Translations under genes and position numbers: made by a program
Shown: one piece after another, positions 61,894 to 64,000 of the stretch
Position numbering within the stretch: position 1 is the stretch's first letter
How the letters are laid out: every line of letters starts with the position of its first letter
The notes under the pieces: generated by a model
The model's input: only the letters and a program-made list of their open reading frames with translations
What the model was told of the DNA's origin: nothing
Database searches by the model: none
Assembly (NCBI GenBank): GCA_020725385.1
Contig: DYFC01000017.1
Location: forward strand, 1-64,000
Reading direction: 5' to 3'
Source: Nitrospira japonica
Lineage (GTDB): Bacteria; Nitrospirota; Thermodesulfovibrionia; Thermodesulfovibrionales; SM23-35
DNA: 64,000 bases

Positions 61894-62751
61894 CTAAATA
61901 TCTTCCTTTTTATATAGAGTTTCAATATATCTATCAATACCTGTTTTCCAATCAGGTATATCAACATTTAAAGCTCCGGAAAGCTTCTTATTAGACATTG
62001 CTGAAAAAAAAGGCCTTTTTGCAGGAGATGGAAAGTCATTTGAATTTGCCGGTAGAACAAGATTTTCTAAGCCTGCACGTTCTATGAAGTATCTTGCCAC
62101 CTCATATCTCGAAGCATATCCGCTGTTTGTTAAGTGATAAACTCCACGAAGTCTTTTATTTATCGAAAAAAGCGTTAGGCTGACAATATCGTTGGTGTAA
62201 GTTGGAATGGAAATCTGGTCACATACTATCTTAAGAACTTTATTATTTTTAGCCCAATCCAATAACTTTGATAAGAAATTTTGTCTTCCTTGACCAAAAA
62301 CCCAGCTAACTCTGAATAAAAGAAAATTATTCATGGTATCCTGAAGATATTTTTCACCTAATAATTTACTTTGCCCATATTTATTCAGGGGATTAGGTTC
62401 ATCATCTTCATTATAAAAGTCTCTCTTCAACCCATCAAAAATATAGTCTGTACTGTAATGAACAAGCAAAATATTGTTCTTTTTACATGCAATGGCAAGA
62501 TTCATAACACCTTCTGCATTTACTCGGAGAGCTATTTCATAATCATCTTCAGCCTTATCAACAAAATTATACGCTGCACAATTTAATACAATATCAGGTT
62601 TATTTTCCTCTATTTTTTTTAGGACAGCATCCATATTTGAGATGTCAAGACTTGCCTTATCAAAAGAACAATAATCATGTCCAAAATCTTTTAAATATTC
62701 AGGAAATTCTTTTGCAAGCTGTCCGTTAGCCCCTGTGATTAAAAATTTCAT
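61894..62751 (-). CDS. rfbD: dTDP-4-dehydrorhamnose reductase
   Basis: ITGANGQL, NCAAY..VD.AE, STDYIFDG, YGQSKL.GE. Confidence 0.96.
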   Translation of the reverse strand: MKFLITGANGQLAKEFPEYLKDFGHDYCSFDKASLDISNMDAVLKKIEENKPDIVLNCAAYNFVDKAEDDYEIALRVNAEGVMNLAIACKKNNILLVHYSTDYIFDGLKRDFYNEDDEPNPLNKYGQSKLLGEKYLQDTMNNFLLFRVSWVFGQGRQNFLSKLLDWAKNNKVLKIVCDQISIPTYTNDIVSLTLFSINKRLRGVYHLTNSGYASRYEVARYFIERAGLENLVLPANSNDFPSPAKRPFFSAMSNKKLSGALNVDIPDWKTGIDRYIETLYKKEDI

Positions 62752-62781
62752 AAAATCTTATAAAAGTAATGAAGATTAATG

Positions 62782-63336
62782 TTAATAAACAAAATTATTA
62801 TCTGCTTCCTTCAAATAAGGATGCTTTTTATCTTTTTCTGAAAGTATAGGTTCTAATATAGGCCAGTTAATATTTATATCAGGATCATTCCATATTATAC
62901 CTCTATCACAAACAGGGGAATATTCTCTTGTGCATTTATAAAGAACTTCAGCAGTTTCTGAGATTACAACAAAACCATGTGCAAAACCTGATGGGACATA
63001 GAGCATTAACCTGTTTTCTCCTGATAACTCAACTCCAATCCATTTTGAATAATAAGGTGAATTTTTACGTATATCCACTACAACATCAAATATTTTACCT
63101 CTTAAGCACTGAACAAGCTTTGCCTGAGCATCGGGATTTTTTTGATAATGAAGTCCGCGCAAAACCCCTTTATATGAAAATGAGAAATTATCCTGTAAAA
63201 AGTATTCTTTGATTCCAGCTTTTAGAAAGTCTGAATATTTGTAAGTCTCAGCAAAATACCCTCTTGAATCAGAAAAAATTTCAGGTGTTATTAAAATTAC
63301 TCCCGGGATTTCTAATTGCTTAAAAGTAAATGGCAT
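62782..63336 (-). CDS. rfbC: dTDP-4-dehydrorhamnose 3,5-epimerase
   Basis: DSRGYF.E, GVLRGLHYQ, GFAHGF, WNDP. Confidence 0.97.
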   Translation of the reverse strand: MPFTFKQLEIPGVILITPEIFSDSRGYFAETYKYSDFLKAGIKEYFLQDNFSFSYKGVLRGLHYQKNPDAQAKLVQCLRGKIFDVVVDIRKNSPYYSKWIGVELSGENRLMLYVPSGFAHGFVVISETAEVLYKCTREYSPVCDRGIIWNDPDININWPILEPILSEKDKKHPYLKEADNNFVY

Positions 63337-63340
63337 ATAT

Positions 63341-64000
63341 TTATTTAATCAATCTCATTAAATATTTTCCGTATTCATTCTTATTAAGATTTTGGGCAAG
63401 TTTAATTAACTGTTCCTTATTTATGTAACCTAATTTAAAAGCTATTTCTTCAATACATGCAATCTTAAGCCCCTGTCTTCTCTCGATTGTTGCTATAAAT
63501 TCACCTGCTTCAAGAAGGCTTTCATGTGTCCCTGTGTCAAGCCATGCAAAACCTCTACCCATTAATTCTACCCTTAATTTTTTATTTTTCAGGTATTCTT
63601 TGTTTACATCTGTTATTTCAAGTTCTCCTCTATGTGAGGGTTTTATTCTTTCTGCGATACAAATTACTTGATTATCATAGAAATAGAGTCCTGTAACCGC
63701 ATATTTTGATTTTGGAGTTTTTGGTTTTTCTTCGATTGAAAGAACATTACCGTTTTCATCAAACTCTACAACCCCGTATCTTTCAGGATCATTTACATAA
63801 TATCCAAATACTGTGGCTCCTCCAAGATTCTCAATATCAGAATATGCTTTTTTCAGTAAATTTGTGAAACCATGACCGTAAAATATATTATCTCCAAGAA
63901 CAAGGCAAACATTATCATCTTTTATGAATTCCTTAGCGATTATGAATGCCTGGGCAATTCCACCGGGATGTGGCTGTTCTTTGTATGAAAAATTCAGACC
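63341..64000 (-). CDS. rfbA: Glucose-1-phosphate thymidylyltransferase (5' part outside the window)
   Basis: Frame reads in from the window edge: [41 protein letters not shown]. Confidence 0.95.
   Translation of the reverse strand, partial: GLNFSYKEQPHPGGIAQAFIIAKEFIKDDNVCLVLGDNIFYGHGFTNLLKKAYSDIENLGGATVFGYYVNDPERYGVVEFDENGNVLSIEEKPKTPKSKYAVTGLYFYDNQVICIAERIKPSHRGELEITDVNKEYLKNKKLRVELMGRGFAWLDTGTHESLLEAGEFIATIERRQGLKIACIEEIAFKLGYINKEQLIKLAQNLNKNEYGKYLMRLIK

Overview
AT-rich (roughly one-third GC) bacterial chromosomal segment. Gene content and order suggest a Nitrospirota/Thermodesulfovibrio-like diderm (inference). Housekeeping blocks: guaB-guaA-ispA-dxs-tlyA; ornithine decarboxylase-speE; lysC-cimA; ymdB-rny-6S RNA; two tandem REC-GGDEF cyclases; nagZ; a B12 salvage locus with two cobalamin riboswitches (AsnB-like, DUF71, btuFCD, cobU-cobT-cobS, btuB); moxR-DUF58-transglutaminase; surE-pcm; purM-M23-bactofilin; and a nucleotide-sugar operon (rfbA partial, rfbCDB, manB, manC, wbpA-like). 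The accessory region (about 9.5-24.4 kb) holds multidomain glycosyl/methyltransferase-TPR genes interleaved with five apparently intact toxin-antitoxin pairs, TA relics and an ISL3 remnant. Its most striking feature is a run of three hicB-hicA modules (two hicA genes are missing from the ORF track), each bounded by same-orientation composite repeats built from 3/6/7/8-bp microsatellite blocks, with no integrase in the window. This looks like an integrase-free TA cassette array. Other notable items: a TA cassette bounded by a 40-bp duplication of the speE 3' end, a riboswitch-controlled pair of candidate corrinoid amidation enzymes, a duplicated riboswitch with a relic BtuB signal peptide, a REP-like palindrome in frame inside cobU, and a candidate orphan small RNA with its own promoter and terminator. 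All calls are from reading the sequence; no searches were run.
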